Assembly: GCF_006345805.1 (NCBI RefSeq)
Contig: NC_042998.1
Coordinates: 172,670,001-172,734,000, forward strand
Reading direction: 5' to 3'
DNA length: 64,000 nucleotides
From: Octopus sinensis
Lineage: Eukaryota
In this document: piece by piece, positions 51,896 to 64,000 of the stretch
Position numbering within the stretch: the stretch's first letter is position 1
How the letters are laid out: each line of letters starts with the position of its first letter
Translations under genes and position numbers: made by a program
Notes under the pieces: model-generated
Seen by the model: the letters and a program-made list of their open reading frames with translations, nothing else
What the model was told of the DNA's origin: nothing
Database searches by the model: none

Positions 51896-53705
51896 CTGGA
51901 AGACAAAAGTATAAAATTAAAAGATGACAAAGATACCCTGGCAAAGATTTTATATTTAACACAAACATTATCGAAAAAGTGTTTTCAAAATTTTGAACGT
52001 TGCGAATACTCGTATATCTTACTCTAGATACTAAAATGCAAACTATTTCCATTCTGTTTTTATGTAGATAGTGTATGTATTCTGTTGGATTACGCTTTCA
52101 GTTTTGCTGAATACAGTATTTCTAATCATTTTGTTTTTATCTCTATGGTGACAAAGACTTAAAATCCTAATCATTCTTTATATTCACATTCATGTCATGC
52201 CAATATAATACGTAGTTTAAACAATCGCAATGTAAAAGCTGACTCCAGAAAGCCGAGAAAATTATTTTCGTCACCAGGTTTGAAAACGTATGTCAGTGGC
52301 AATTTAGGATATTAACCATTTTCGTAAGAAATATTTGAGTATTGTGTTGGCCGTAGAATAGAAGGTTTTTAGTCATTCATCCTCATGATCAAATATTACT
52401 AGTCTCACACGTCTTCCGTTTACTTGAGGGCTTTGATCTAATCTAATCTCGTGTATAATAAATTGATAGCTTACTGCTTGTTTTGCATTGATAAAATGGA
52501 TATTAATGCGTTTGTTCGTTTAAACAATGGAATCCAGAAATATTTTTGCTAGCTGTTTTCTAGAACGTTCTGCAGAATATCTTAGTCGAAATTTACTCTT
52601 TTTCTGTGTTGTTCAATAAAGACAAGTCACATTTTGTTATGGTTGGGTACACAGTTCTTTTGTGAAAACGTATTGTTACTGATTATTTGTGATAATGTCT
52701 CATCAGAGAACTATTGGATATCTTGTATCCTCCAGACAGTAGATACCCAACACATTTTGCATTTACTTGCTCTGTATTTCTATACAATAATTTCATGAAC
52801 GTATCTCTTAAATGCCTTTGCATCTTCCTCAAATTATATATAGAAAGACTATAATTTTTCGCCTGACACAAACCTCTTTCTAATTATGTAGTAATTACCC
52901 GTCTTATTCTCAATCTTCTTTCTTCAATAATGGAGGATATTACATACATATGTAAACATTTCCCGTTATTCTAGGATCAAGATTTCTAATGCAAGCATAG
53001 TGACCACTTGCACATATATTTTAAGTAGAATTTCTGATATAGGTTCCACGGCCTTCAATTACGTAAGTTGTGAGTTCAGCATTCGTTTTACAATGCGTGC
53101 ATCTCTCAAATTCATTTTCTTTATGAATACTTCTATTGATCAGCAAATTGTAAATGATTTTAGATTCCGAATATTCCCTATCATATCTTCAATTTCACAC
53201 CCAAATCCTTATAACTCCATAATGCCTACCACACACGAAGTACTGTTCCATCAACTGAAAATCTGATTTAAATCCAGAATAAAGATTTGATCGAAAACTT
53301 CCCTTTGCCGAAAGTCTTCCAAAACATTTCTGCGCCAGTAATACTTCAAACTTTATCATCAGCTTCACTCTGATCTATTGATATTTTTTTGTTTTTAATA
53401 TTGTGGTTTTACCCTCAATCTCAATTATAAGTTCTTTTCTTTAGGTTCTTATTCTGACGATACATCAGTTGTAGATACTTACCTTGCTTTTCTTTATTAG
53501 AAATATTAACATCCAACTATATTTAGGATGTAAAATAATCGCTTTAATTAGACCTATTTCGAAGTAGCTAATCTCAGTAATAGCTTAAACATTCTTCAAT
53601 ATTTCCGAATGCTAATTAAATTTACGAGAACAATGCTTTCTCTTTTGCCATTTGTGATTGAATCAGAATTACATAAAATTAACAATAATACAATTTATAA
53701 CTTAC

Positions 53706-53914
53706 TATAGCCAAGATTGTGTTTAACACGCGTCATGTAAATACCGCAAAGGCCATGAGGTGGCTGCGTCAACTCAATGATGCGCGTACCATCTAAGCAC
53801 ATCTCTAATATGCGTCCAATTACTCTGAAGTGAGTTGGTACATCTACATCATTCGCAAGTATTGATGGCTTCTTTTTTCGTTGCAATTTGTCAAAGAATA
53901 CTGATATTCTTGAT
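53706..53914 (-). CDS. PDZ-domain protein, penultimate exon
   Basis: Acceptor ttattatttccag|A, donor A|gtaagt. 209 bp, phase 2 to 1. Encodes VDVPTHFRVIGRILEMCLDGTRIIELTQPPHGLCGIYMTR. Confidence 0.85.
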
Positions 53915-54147
53915 CTGGAAATAATAAAAAAAGATCTCATTGAAATATGTTGACTATAACAAAATATATTTCTGTAACTGAATGCTCTAAGTTTCAATTT
54001 ATGTAATAACATTAACATGATAATATGGATATATTGATCATTTGGAAGCTTTGTTTAATATTTGCTTCTTTTGCCCTTTGGTGCTGGATTCTATCGCTAT
54101 GTGGTTCTATATATGTATGTTTGTGTGTGTTTGTTTGTGTGTGCGTG

Positions 54148-54182
<35 letters not shown>

Positions 54183-57100
54183 CTATATACATAAGTATGT
54201 ATCTTTGAGTGTTCATATTTTTGCACTTTTTGCAACAAAAGCGATTTAAAATGGAAAAACGATCGTAGTTTACAGTATTTATCCACCTTATCATTTCTTG
54301 TATCTACTAGTTCAGGAGTAAATACAAATCTGCTAATATTTCGAAAAACAATGTCAACGGTTTGAAAAGTTGGAAATATTGTCCAATGCATTTTTTTTGT
54401 ACTTTCTGAAACGTTCTAAAATTACTGATACATTTCTTCTTAAAAGGAAGGACTAAAATAGTGGATGACGTCACCATTGCGAATCCTTATTGTTCCTAGC
54501 CATTTTATTGAGACATTGTGGCTTTCAGATACTCTTAAGTATTTAATCGCTACCGATACGACAAAAATAAATTGAATGAAATTTCCTCTTGAAATATTTA
54601 TAGTTTATCTCAATGCTCCGCTCTGAAGAAAATAAAGAGGCATATGAATTTTGACCCTATATTGGTTAAATCTGATGAAACAGATTTTAGCCATATGGCA
54701 GAGAAGGCATCAGAAAAATATTTCTGTAGCCGTATCGCCATAGTTGCGATAGTATAAATGCATTGCAGAATTTGATAATAGCATAAAACGCTGACTATAA
54801 CAGTAAATCTAGTAATAGATCGCTATACAGTTTAATATATTCTCCATGGAAACATAAGAAATCCATCTCTCTTGAATATTTTAGACTAAACAATATGCAT
54901 CGACCACTATATAACATGTTTATGGATATTTCATTTCTATTTTAGAAGAATATGCCGTAGATGATGCTTACTTCGATATAATAATTGTATAGCAGCTTCC
55001 AAAAACAACACAGAATAAACTTTCTGGTATTTAGATAAGGGAATGGAAAGAAAAACTAAGATATATTCAACTCTATCATTACATTGAAATATACAAACAG
55101 AAATTCGAAGTTGTGATATGAATCAAATTATGAAGTCATGAACACATGTTTCGCTTGTTAGCAAAAGCCAAATGCTATTTAGAATAATTCGCAGTTCATG
55201 TGATTGTTACCGGAGTAACTGTAAATTGTTGGAATCTATTTGTTTTCTGCTCTTAGTAAACACTTTAGCATTATTTTCGGTACTAATACCTTACATATCA
55301 CGATTCAATAAATTAGTATGAGAATAATCCCTTTCACTGTGTTTGGTTTGTTAATCATAGCTTCCTAAATTCTGATTCTCATTAATACAATTTCCCCTGC
55401 TTTTAACCTGAAAGCAACTGATTTCATCCTCACACAAATTTATCATGATATATTGTCGGTGGCTAAGCTTTTTCTGTCCAACAAATCTGTAGCTAGAATT
55501 TATTTAAGACTCGTTATATTTTCTTTGCAATCAGTATCCATTATTTCCAACCATTTGCATTGTTCTAATGTCCTTTATCAGAAATTAGACAAATTTTAAT
55601 TATTCAGAATGTGTTGTAAAACCTTGAAAAAAAAACACACACACACACACTTTCAGGAATATATTTAATAACGTTACTGATGAAAGTATTGAATTGAGTT
55701 TAACTGCGATCTATGACGGAAAAAAATATTTTACTTTCAAGACACAACTAAGATATGTTTTCCTCCATTTTCATTAATATAATTTAGAAATTGTTGTCAT
55801 TGCTTCTGTTCTTAACAAATATCTCCTAGATACCATATAATGAGAAATTTTATTTGTATTGCTCATAATGTTTCACATCTTTTATATTTATTTAAATTCT
55901 TTAAAATTTGTGGAACAAATTACCGAATATTTAATTTTCTCACCATTCTTCGTATATTCCAGACTTTTCGAGCAATTCCAACAACCGATATTTATTTTGT
56001 TTTATTTATTAGAAACGATATAACCTAGAAATTAAACATGGTAGCACAATCAATTCATTTAACAGTGTTTCATTGCTGTGCTTTGCTGCACGTAAATGTA
56101 CATGCATCAGTTCTTTTAGTTCTCAGAAATAGAAATAAGGATTTTTGGAATCATTCTTGGGTTTTATCCTAGCTGAAAAACCTGACTGTAATTCAGACCA
56201 ATGAAGCTTACCTAAGAAAAAACATATAGATGCTTTATATAGGGACCTCTGAATTTTCTGCAGATTTTTATCATTTGCTTAAATTTGTTAAGTAACTAGT
56301 TAAAAAATTCTGTAAGATACTAAAATATTTCATCTGAAATGGAAGCCTTGTATATTTGAAAAATTTTGAATTTTAAAGTAAGCCATGCATTTCGAAAGCA
56401 CAGAAAAGTTTAATATTTCATGAAATTCTTAAGATTTCTGAAATACTGATTCGTATTTTTTAAAATAAAGGTAAATGTCACCAATAATTAATTAAGCACT
56501 GTATATAGTTATATCACTATGTATCATTATTAATTTTATATCGTATTCTACCGTGAGGAGCATCACTGACTTCCTGTTTTCCTGCTGGCGAATCACTAAT
56601 TCACTGTATTTGCATTGGCAAGAGTGACAAGGGAATATCTGTACATTCCAGGCTGAACCTGTAGTACAAAGTTCAATTTTTATTTTGTCTCATTTTTCGC
56701 TAATCTACAGCAGCGTAAGACGTGTCCATGAAATACACACCTAATCAAAGCATAAGAACAACACAGCATACCAGATAAAATATTCTATTGGTTTGATGTC
56801 GAATTTGTGATAGAAAAAATTTTTGACTTTTGGACTTATCTTCTCTCCATCGGAAAGAAGGAGTTGGGTGGGGGAATAAAAGATGAAAAAAGAGACCCGT
56901 TAATCCACATGCACTTATAAGAAGTCTAAAATGTTATGAGACAGTTGAGTTCAGTATCAGGAGTTCACAAAAGAAGTTAATGTAAATTGTATGAAGGTAC
57001 AATCTGTTATATATGTTTTCAGGAGTGTGTACATATATTTTGTGTGAAATAGGCAGACGTGTGCGTATGTATGTGTATGTAAATAATTGATTTTTGCATG

Positions 57101-57378
57101 AGGACTTAAGTCACTGATAGATGTGTATGCGTGCGTGTGTGTGTATGTGTGTGTTGTGTTAGTGTGGTAATCATGTAAGGTAATTTAAGCGTTGTGTTAT
57201 TGAAGACAGGTTGTGTTGACGTTTGCTCTTTCCTAACCATCATCACCTCTCTTATTGGCCTAAAAAATCACGTCTTTTAAATCCCAAACTAATTTGCTGG
57301 TGCATCAAAGAATCTCATGTATTGCTTAAGTACCTATTTTGTAGATTGGCTTACGTTGGTCATGTGGTTGAGAAAAGA

Positions 57379-57750
57379 AATTCTTAGCTACATGCTAGCC
57401 AGGAAAAGAAATTTAATATTCATCGGCGTAAATCATAATATTATTCCTCTCTCGAAAGAATATTTAATAAAGTACAAACTCTAATAATGGCTAAAAAAAT
57501 ATTGCATGTTATAAAAACATATTTTATATTTTATCATTTGAATAAATTATCATGCGGTTTTGGATGGAAGTTCTTAGCTACACATGCTTGCATGCGTCCG
57601 GTTATCAACAACTAGATGTATAATATTCATCAGCATAAATCATAATATAATTCATCATACAAACATAATATTTAATAAAGTACAGACATTTAATAACGAG
57701 AGTAAAAATATTGCATATAGTATAGAAACACACTTTAAAATATTTTTATT
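57379..57750. repeat. Old tandem duplication, two ~190 bp units
   Basis: ttcttagctac...aatattcatc.gc.taaatcataatat...aatatttaataaagtaca...aaaaatattgcat present twice. Confidence 0.7.
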
Positions 57751-58129
57751 TATGATACGATAATTTCAATAAATTATTACCAGATTTAAAAGTAATATTC
57801 ATCCTTTAATGCTATTAACCGTTTCCATTAATTGTAATTTCATAACTTACAGTGAAATTATAGCGGCAAGATTTCAAGATATTTCACGCTATTAAATAAA
57901 ATTACAGGATCACATTAAGGTTGATATCACACTTTTCATATTGAGAATGTTTCAACTGAGTGTATTTAAAACTATATTTCAGGTTGTTCACGCCTTCAAA
58001 TCAATTTCCAGCAGATCGTGATGTTTAATAGTTTAGCAAATATTGAACGCCGAAGAGCATGCGTTAGATTGATTTAGATACAAATCACCGCCCTGTTTTA
58101 TTCCCTGTCGAAATTAATTTAATTTCCCA

Positions 58130-58330
58130 ATCACATAGTTCTGGGTTCAGCCCCGCTGCATAGAAACCCGTCGCGCGCGCGCATGTATTTATGTCTGTGT
58201 TTGTCCACCACCACCGCTTGACAACCGGTGTTTAAATAAAAGTTCTGGGGTTGATTTGTTCGACTAAAACCCTCCAAGGTGGTGCTTCAGCATGGCTGCA
58301 GTCTAACGACTGAAGCAAGTAAAAGATAAA
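58130..58330 (+). mobile_element. Internally deleted SINE family A
   Basis: gttctgggttcagcccc...gcttgacaaccgg...ggtgcttcagcatggctgcagtc..actgaagcaagtaaaaga. Confidence 0.75.
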
Positions 58331-59300
58331 AGATAGGTCACTACCAACTTCCAAAAAAGTACGAACGTTTGACCATTATATTTCCATTTTTCTAACTACT
58401 TCAGAAAAGATTCCCATCCAGGTCTCTATTGAATCTGTAGCCATTTTTATGCATTTGTTTCGCATTCCATTCATAAAGTATTAAAAATACCCTAATATAT
58501 TTTTTTCCTTTCCTAAAGATCTACTGCCTGAATAAATAATCAACATTTCAGCTGCTGAGAAGCATTTCACTTGACATAAGGAACGATAGTTTTACCGAAG
58601 AGACAAATATGAGATTGGAGCATTTTGATTTTCCAGAAAGAGTTACAAAGTCTTAAAACGTATGTAAAATGGTAATGTTTTTCATCGAGAAAATGTAAGA
58701 AAAGCAGAACGACTTAACTTATATTAACTATTTCTGCTTGCCAGGAATAATTCCGTAAAACTGATATACTATAATTGGGCACTCGTGGTATAAATGGTAA
58801 AGCAGCCGAGTAACTTCTCTATATCCTTAATTCAATATTATCAGGGCTAAGTTAGTTTTCCTCATTCTGATTGACAAGTCATATAGAAGAAATATTTTAA
58901 GAGGCAAAAATATGAATTGGACATTAATTGAAAATAAAAACTTAAGGGAAGTTAAATAACTTCAACTGCTGACCGAAATAATATCATGTCCAGTTTGCTG
59001 GAAGCTTACATCCCGAACTAGTAACATTTATAGACACTACATTTGAGTTAAGATTGCAGAAGTTGGTGTGAGTCTTATTTGTAATTTGTCATGATGATAC
59101 ATATAAATAAAATCATTAGTCCTCACATGACTATGGTTAGCTGGAAGCTTAGATTTGAACTACCATCCTTACTAGTAACTCTTGTAAACACTACATATGA
59201 GTATGCAGAAATCGGCGTAATTATTTTTTTTTCATGAAAATATGTAAATTTCACTCTAAAATAATTTCAATATACTTATGTTATGTCTTTTTATATTTAC

Positions 59301-59726
59301 CTTTTTTGATTTTTACGACAATCCATTCTCCTTTCATATTCAATATTTGATAACGATGCAGTCCTGCGTCTTCTTGGCTCAAATTCTGAATATGTCGTCT
59401 CTGAAAGAGAATTGTTGCTGTGGAAAATATAACTGTCACTGCTACTATATAAGCTTTCATTCAAACCAGAAGCTAAACTGTTGGACAGTTTTTTTTTGAG
59501 CTCAGATCGAGGAAAGACTGTCTGACTCTGATCAATATAAGACGGTTTCATTACATTTTGTTCAGTAGAAAGGGGAAATTCCTGTGAATTGGTACTGCAA
59601 TAATTGCTTACGTACGATTTATTATTAGGTGATATAATATGAACATTTTGACAAGAGACTGGCTTTAAATCATATAAACGTGCTTGGCCTTCTTCCATAA
59701 ATACGATCTGTTGTATCTGGTCATAT
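59301..59726 (-). CDS. PDZ-domain protein, upstream Ser-rich exon
   Basis: Acceptor ttttcaatttacag|A, donor AG|gtaaat. 426 bp open, phase 2 to 2, joining the 53914 exon in frame. Confidence 0.72.
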
Positions 59727-60075
59727 CTGTAAATTGAAAACAAAAACCATTATGTTTATCACACTGTATGTAATTGACAATAGCATAGATGTAATACTTA
59801 GTGACTTTACCCATAAAGATATTTTCATTCCTCAAACACTTCAAAAAGCATACGCATAGATACAAAATACAAATACAAAAAAAAAAATAATAATCAGCTT
59901 AGGTTTGCTGTGAAACAAGAAGTATTCCTAAATGCTAATCCGTGAATACATTTTAAGCAATGGTGGTAACAGCAAGAAATATATTTTGCGTTCTTCAACG
60001 TTACGGACTAAAATATCGTCTGAATATATTTTCTATAATATTACACACATAAAAATATTCACACACACACACATA

Positions 60076-60295
60076 TTTCAAGCCCACGTTTATACCTATA
60101 ATCATTGGGGCACTGGGAAATGTAATATACTGCCTAAATACCAATCTTGAGAAATCAGGCTTCTCAAAACCAGAAATGAGAAAGCTGATTCGAAGACTAC
60201 AGTTCCAAGCCATCACTGGAACTATAAAATCTGTGAAACTTTCCAGGCGTTTATCATTTAAGTATAATGAGCATGTTCAGACATGCCTGAGAATA
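60076..60295 (+). mobile_element. RLE LINE 3' fragment
   Basis: IPIIIGALGNV...RRLQFQAITGT. Confidence 0.7.
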
Positions 60296-60607
60296 CATAC
60301 ATATATACCTGAGAATACATACATGAAACAAAACATATAAATCTGCACATATACGTACATACATACATACAAAAAACCCCTGTTGATGTTGTGGAAATTT
60401 CAACGAAGGAGCCTTGAATCTAGGTTAGAAACCAGCTCCTTTATTGGCAAGAAATATTGAAATTAAACTGAATAATGACATACATACACACATATATACA
60501 TATATAAGATTTAATACCTCACAGCGAAGTTTATCCTGAACTGGTCACTACAAGAACAAAGTGAGATAAATATTCGAACCCGAAAGCTGCTCAGTATTAC
60601 AAGATAC

Positions 60608-60830
60608 GAAGGCGGCGAGCTGACAGAAACATTAGAACACCGGGCGAAATGCTTAGCCGTATTTCGTCTGCCGCTACGTTCTGAGTTCAAATTCCGCCGA
60701 GGTCGACTTTGGCTTTCATCCTTTCGGGATCGATAAATTAAGTACCATTTGCGTACTGGGGTCAATCTAATCGACTGGCCCCCTCCCCCAAAATTTCGAG
60801 CCGTGTGCCTAGAGTAGAAAATAGTATTAC
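60608..60830 (+). mobile_element. SINE family B, full length
   Basis: aaggcggcgagctgacag...ttcaaattccgccgaggtcgacttt; attacaagatacg repeated on both flanks (60597, 60826), a likely TSD. Confidence 0.9.
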
Positions 60831-60989
60831 AAGATACGTCAACATTAATGGAGATGTAGTCAGGATATACTTCCCACACGAGGGTGGTGATCGTGGTTCA
60901 AATCTGTACTGATGTCATATGATGTACAGATTGTGACCCTGAAACAACATCTGCAGCAGAAGAAAGGGACCAGTAACTATCTTATCCAA

Positions 60990-61850
60990 GTTTGTGACCA
61001 TGAAGCAACTTGACCATGAAGAAACTTGACCGTAGGTATAAAATAAGCGCTGATGCAGATATCTCCCCAAGGAGCATCGTTAAAATCTAGTCAGAAGAAC
61101 AAAATAAAAACGAAATAAATGGACTAGTTAACTGAGAGGGTAATACACGGGTACTTGACGCGAATAACATCAACCATAGGAGGAATCCATCATGCTAGAA
61201 GCTTAGCATGGAGTACCGACAACTTTATACCATTACCACTTTGAAGTTTACCTCCATACAATTCAAGAATAAGAGATCCCCACCAAGTGCTTACAGCATA
61301 AAAGGCAGAAAACATTGACTGACAAGTGTAGGCTATGCAAGAACAAGACTGAAGATCTCAATCATATTATTGTCCACTATGAGAGAATGTCTTTCATATG
61401 TTATCTTCCCATGAGGCATGATACAGTGGCCAGGACAGTCTGGGGCAGGATGATAAAAAGGAAAACAGCTGCAGACCGATGGATTAGAAGAATATTGGTG
61501 GAACTTAAAAATTAAAACTGACTGGATATTGTTGTGTGGTACCACAAGGAAAAGGTATGTTCTGCCTTGAAAACCGATTGCGTTCTAGGCAACAATGCAA
61601 TTAGAAAAAAAAAGCACATCTATGAACCACAGATAAGAAGTTTATGTTCAGTAGCCAAGATGCGCTTTCGGCTTCATACCTATTAGCATTGTAGTAACAA
61701 GATACATAATAACCCGTCTGCAATGAAATATTGTTGAACTTGGGTTCTGGACAGAAAACGCAAGTCCTTAATTCATAAACTTCAAAATATCATGATATCT
61801 GGGACTAAAAACATCTGCCAGACATTCTTAAGATTTAAAGGATTATTGAA
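60990..61850 (+). mobile_element. Old RLE LINE 3' portion
   Basis: DKCRLCKNKTEDLNHII..RHDTVARTVW. Confidence 0.7.
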
Positions 61851-61952
61851 TAAAACAAGATGCTTTCTTTCACAACCTTGCTACCAAGTAAGTGGTGGGT
61901 CAAAATTTATTCTAAATTAAAAAAAGAAAGCACAAATACACACACACATACA

Positions 61953-61984
<32 letters not shown>

Positions 61985-62500
61985 CATCTTTCTATCTCTC
62001 ACTCTCTCTCTCTCTATATATATATATATAGAGAGAGAGAGGGTAATACACGGGTGTATATATATATATATATATATATATACAAAGAGAGAGAGAGAGA
62101 GATAGAGATAGAGAGAGGAAGAGAGGGCGCAAGAGAAAGAGAGAGAGAGAGAGGGAGAGAGAGAATGGAAAAGGTTTCACAGATATTTCATAATTCCCGT
62201 ATAAAAGCATGGAGTATCTGTGTGAAATCTATGATCACTGTTGTAGTTATGTTCCTGTGCACATAGGCTGCATATATATATTCATATACTTGGAAACACA
62301 TTCACTTTACGATTATTGCATTGAAGTAGTAATATACGGATATTAACATGTTAATAATTGAGCTTTTACATTCACTGGATATAGTTTTATAGTGCTTAAG
62401 CACTAATTCTATGTCATACACACACATACATTCATTCATTCATACATACACACACATACAAACATACATACATACATACATACATACATACATACATACA

Positions 62501-62533
<33 letters not shown>

Positions 62534-64000
62534 GTGTACGCAAACGACATTCGCACATATTTGATTTTATGTATTGCCCCTATGTAAATGTACTGACATC
62601 GTTGTATATTATCTATTCTTAGTACCAGAGAGTAATATTATGGTAACGGTGGTACATAAAGATACAATATGAATACTAATATTAAGTATACAAAAGTGTT
62701 TATTATGTTTCTATTATATAGAATGGAGTTTTGTGCAAATTAATAGGTTCCATATATGTAAGTGGAAAGAGAGAATAAGGTTAAAGAAAAACGAAGAGAT
62801 CAAATTGCCAATATGTTCCCCCTTAGAATACCATCAGTCCCGATATATCTAACCATAGAAGATCTCTCGTAAAACGTTAAACATAACAGATTACCATAAT
62901 TTTATTGACAACGAAAGTAGTTTGACGGTAAACATTGCCGAAATCATCACTTAGCCTAAATAAAACGCAGTTCCTATACAGAAGGTGCAGAACACACAGA
63001 ATTTAAGATACTGATGATGTGAAGCTTTTTCTCGGTAAATTGTCGATGAAATTTGCTGGGTGCAAGAAGGCCATTATCTCGACAAGAGCCTCCTTTGACC
63101 TCTTGTCGATGATATTTTGCTGTGCTTGCTGAAAATTTGCCTGGAGTTTTATGATTGTTAGGCATGACTTTGAACAAGTCGATGATCGTTAATCCCGAAT
63201 CTATGAAATTAGTACCGCTTTCGTGCTAAGAAGAGCTTTATAGTCTATATTTTCTACAAAGTATGTAAGTTCGTGCTTATTTTTTCCAATTAGGGCAAAC
63301 ACTTATGTTCTAAGGGTGCTGCTGTACACCGTCTCTAAATTATGGAGCCGATATTCCATCAGGTGATGAAGCAACTCTGTAGGTGTCTTGGTCCTTTCTA
63401 TCATCACACCAAAGATGCCTGGGGCCACCTACCGATGTAGGTGGCAAAACTCGCACAGAATCTCGAACTTTGTTGAGTTGCAACTCTGGTCCATATGTTT
63501 CTAACATTCTCAGCGTTCGTTCTTGCAGCTCCTTTACCCCGCTCTCTTGGGCCAGATGCTATGGTTTGTTTTCTTAGCGTTTCAGCAAATTTTCTGGTGA
63601 CATCTTTTCTCCCATTCGCAATTACTTCAAAACTCCTGAGCATCTAGTGAACCCTGGTTCCAACAAATCCACTAACATATTACGGGAAGTAGTTGTGTAT
63701 GCAAAGTTCGAGACAAAAGCAATGCAATTATCAGTTCAGCGGGGGATCGATTTTATCTTACCTTCTCCATACATCATTAAAATAACTGTCAGTTAACTAC
63801 CGCAGTCCTTTGATCTGTCCATGCATGTATTAGAAATAATTGTAATTATGGTGATTGATAAATGTTGAGCATCTATAGAGGCATTATGATGACTTGTAAC
63901 AGTAGAAATGGTAAAACTCTCAACCAAATACCTTTTAGTTTTCTGTCTCTTCGTCATGAATTTTAATCTTGCCGGAGCAGATTGAGGATGTCAGTCCCAT

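Noticed and set aside
52680-53350. Intronic coding-like stretch on the minus strand
   Set aside because: Stops in all frames and no identifiable motif; likely an ancient TE
56552-56658. Candidate 107 bp minus-strand exon with ag/gt boundaries inside the PDZ gene intron
   Set aside because: Open only in phase 1 to 0, incompatible with the flanking phase-2 junction

Overview
AT-rich eukaryotic (animal) genomic DNA dominated by repeats. The SINE, microsatellite and LINE content resembles Octopus/cephalopod genomes (inference, not verified). One host gene is supportable: three phase-compatible minus-strand exons (59301-59726, 53706-53914, 51696-51895) encoding the C-terminal part of a Par6/KIAA1614-type PDZ protein; its 5' exons were not found. 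The rest is mobile DNA. (1) Many same-orientation R4/Dong-like RLE non-LTR retrotransposons sit in (TAA)n/(GAT)n/(GAA)n tracts, including an apparently full-length ~4.0 kb copy (25774-29772). (2) Penelope-like element (PLE) remnants carry minimal type-I hammerhead ribozyme motifs, repeatedly arranged as back-to-back inverted pairs or as ~150-220 bp solo units in (TA)n. (3) There are four mariner elements: a fold-back, an internally deleted copy, and a full-length copy nested in a mariner MITE. (4) At least three tRNA-type SINE families are present, plus long microsatellites. Most short ORFs in the supplied track are microsatellite or antisense-TE artefacts.
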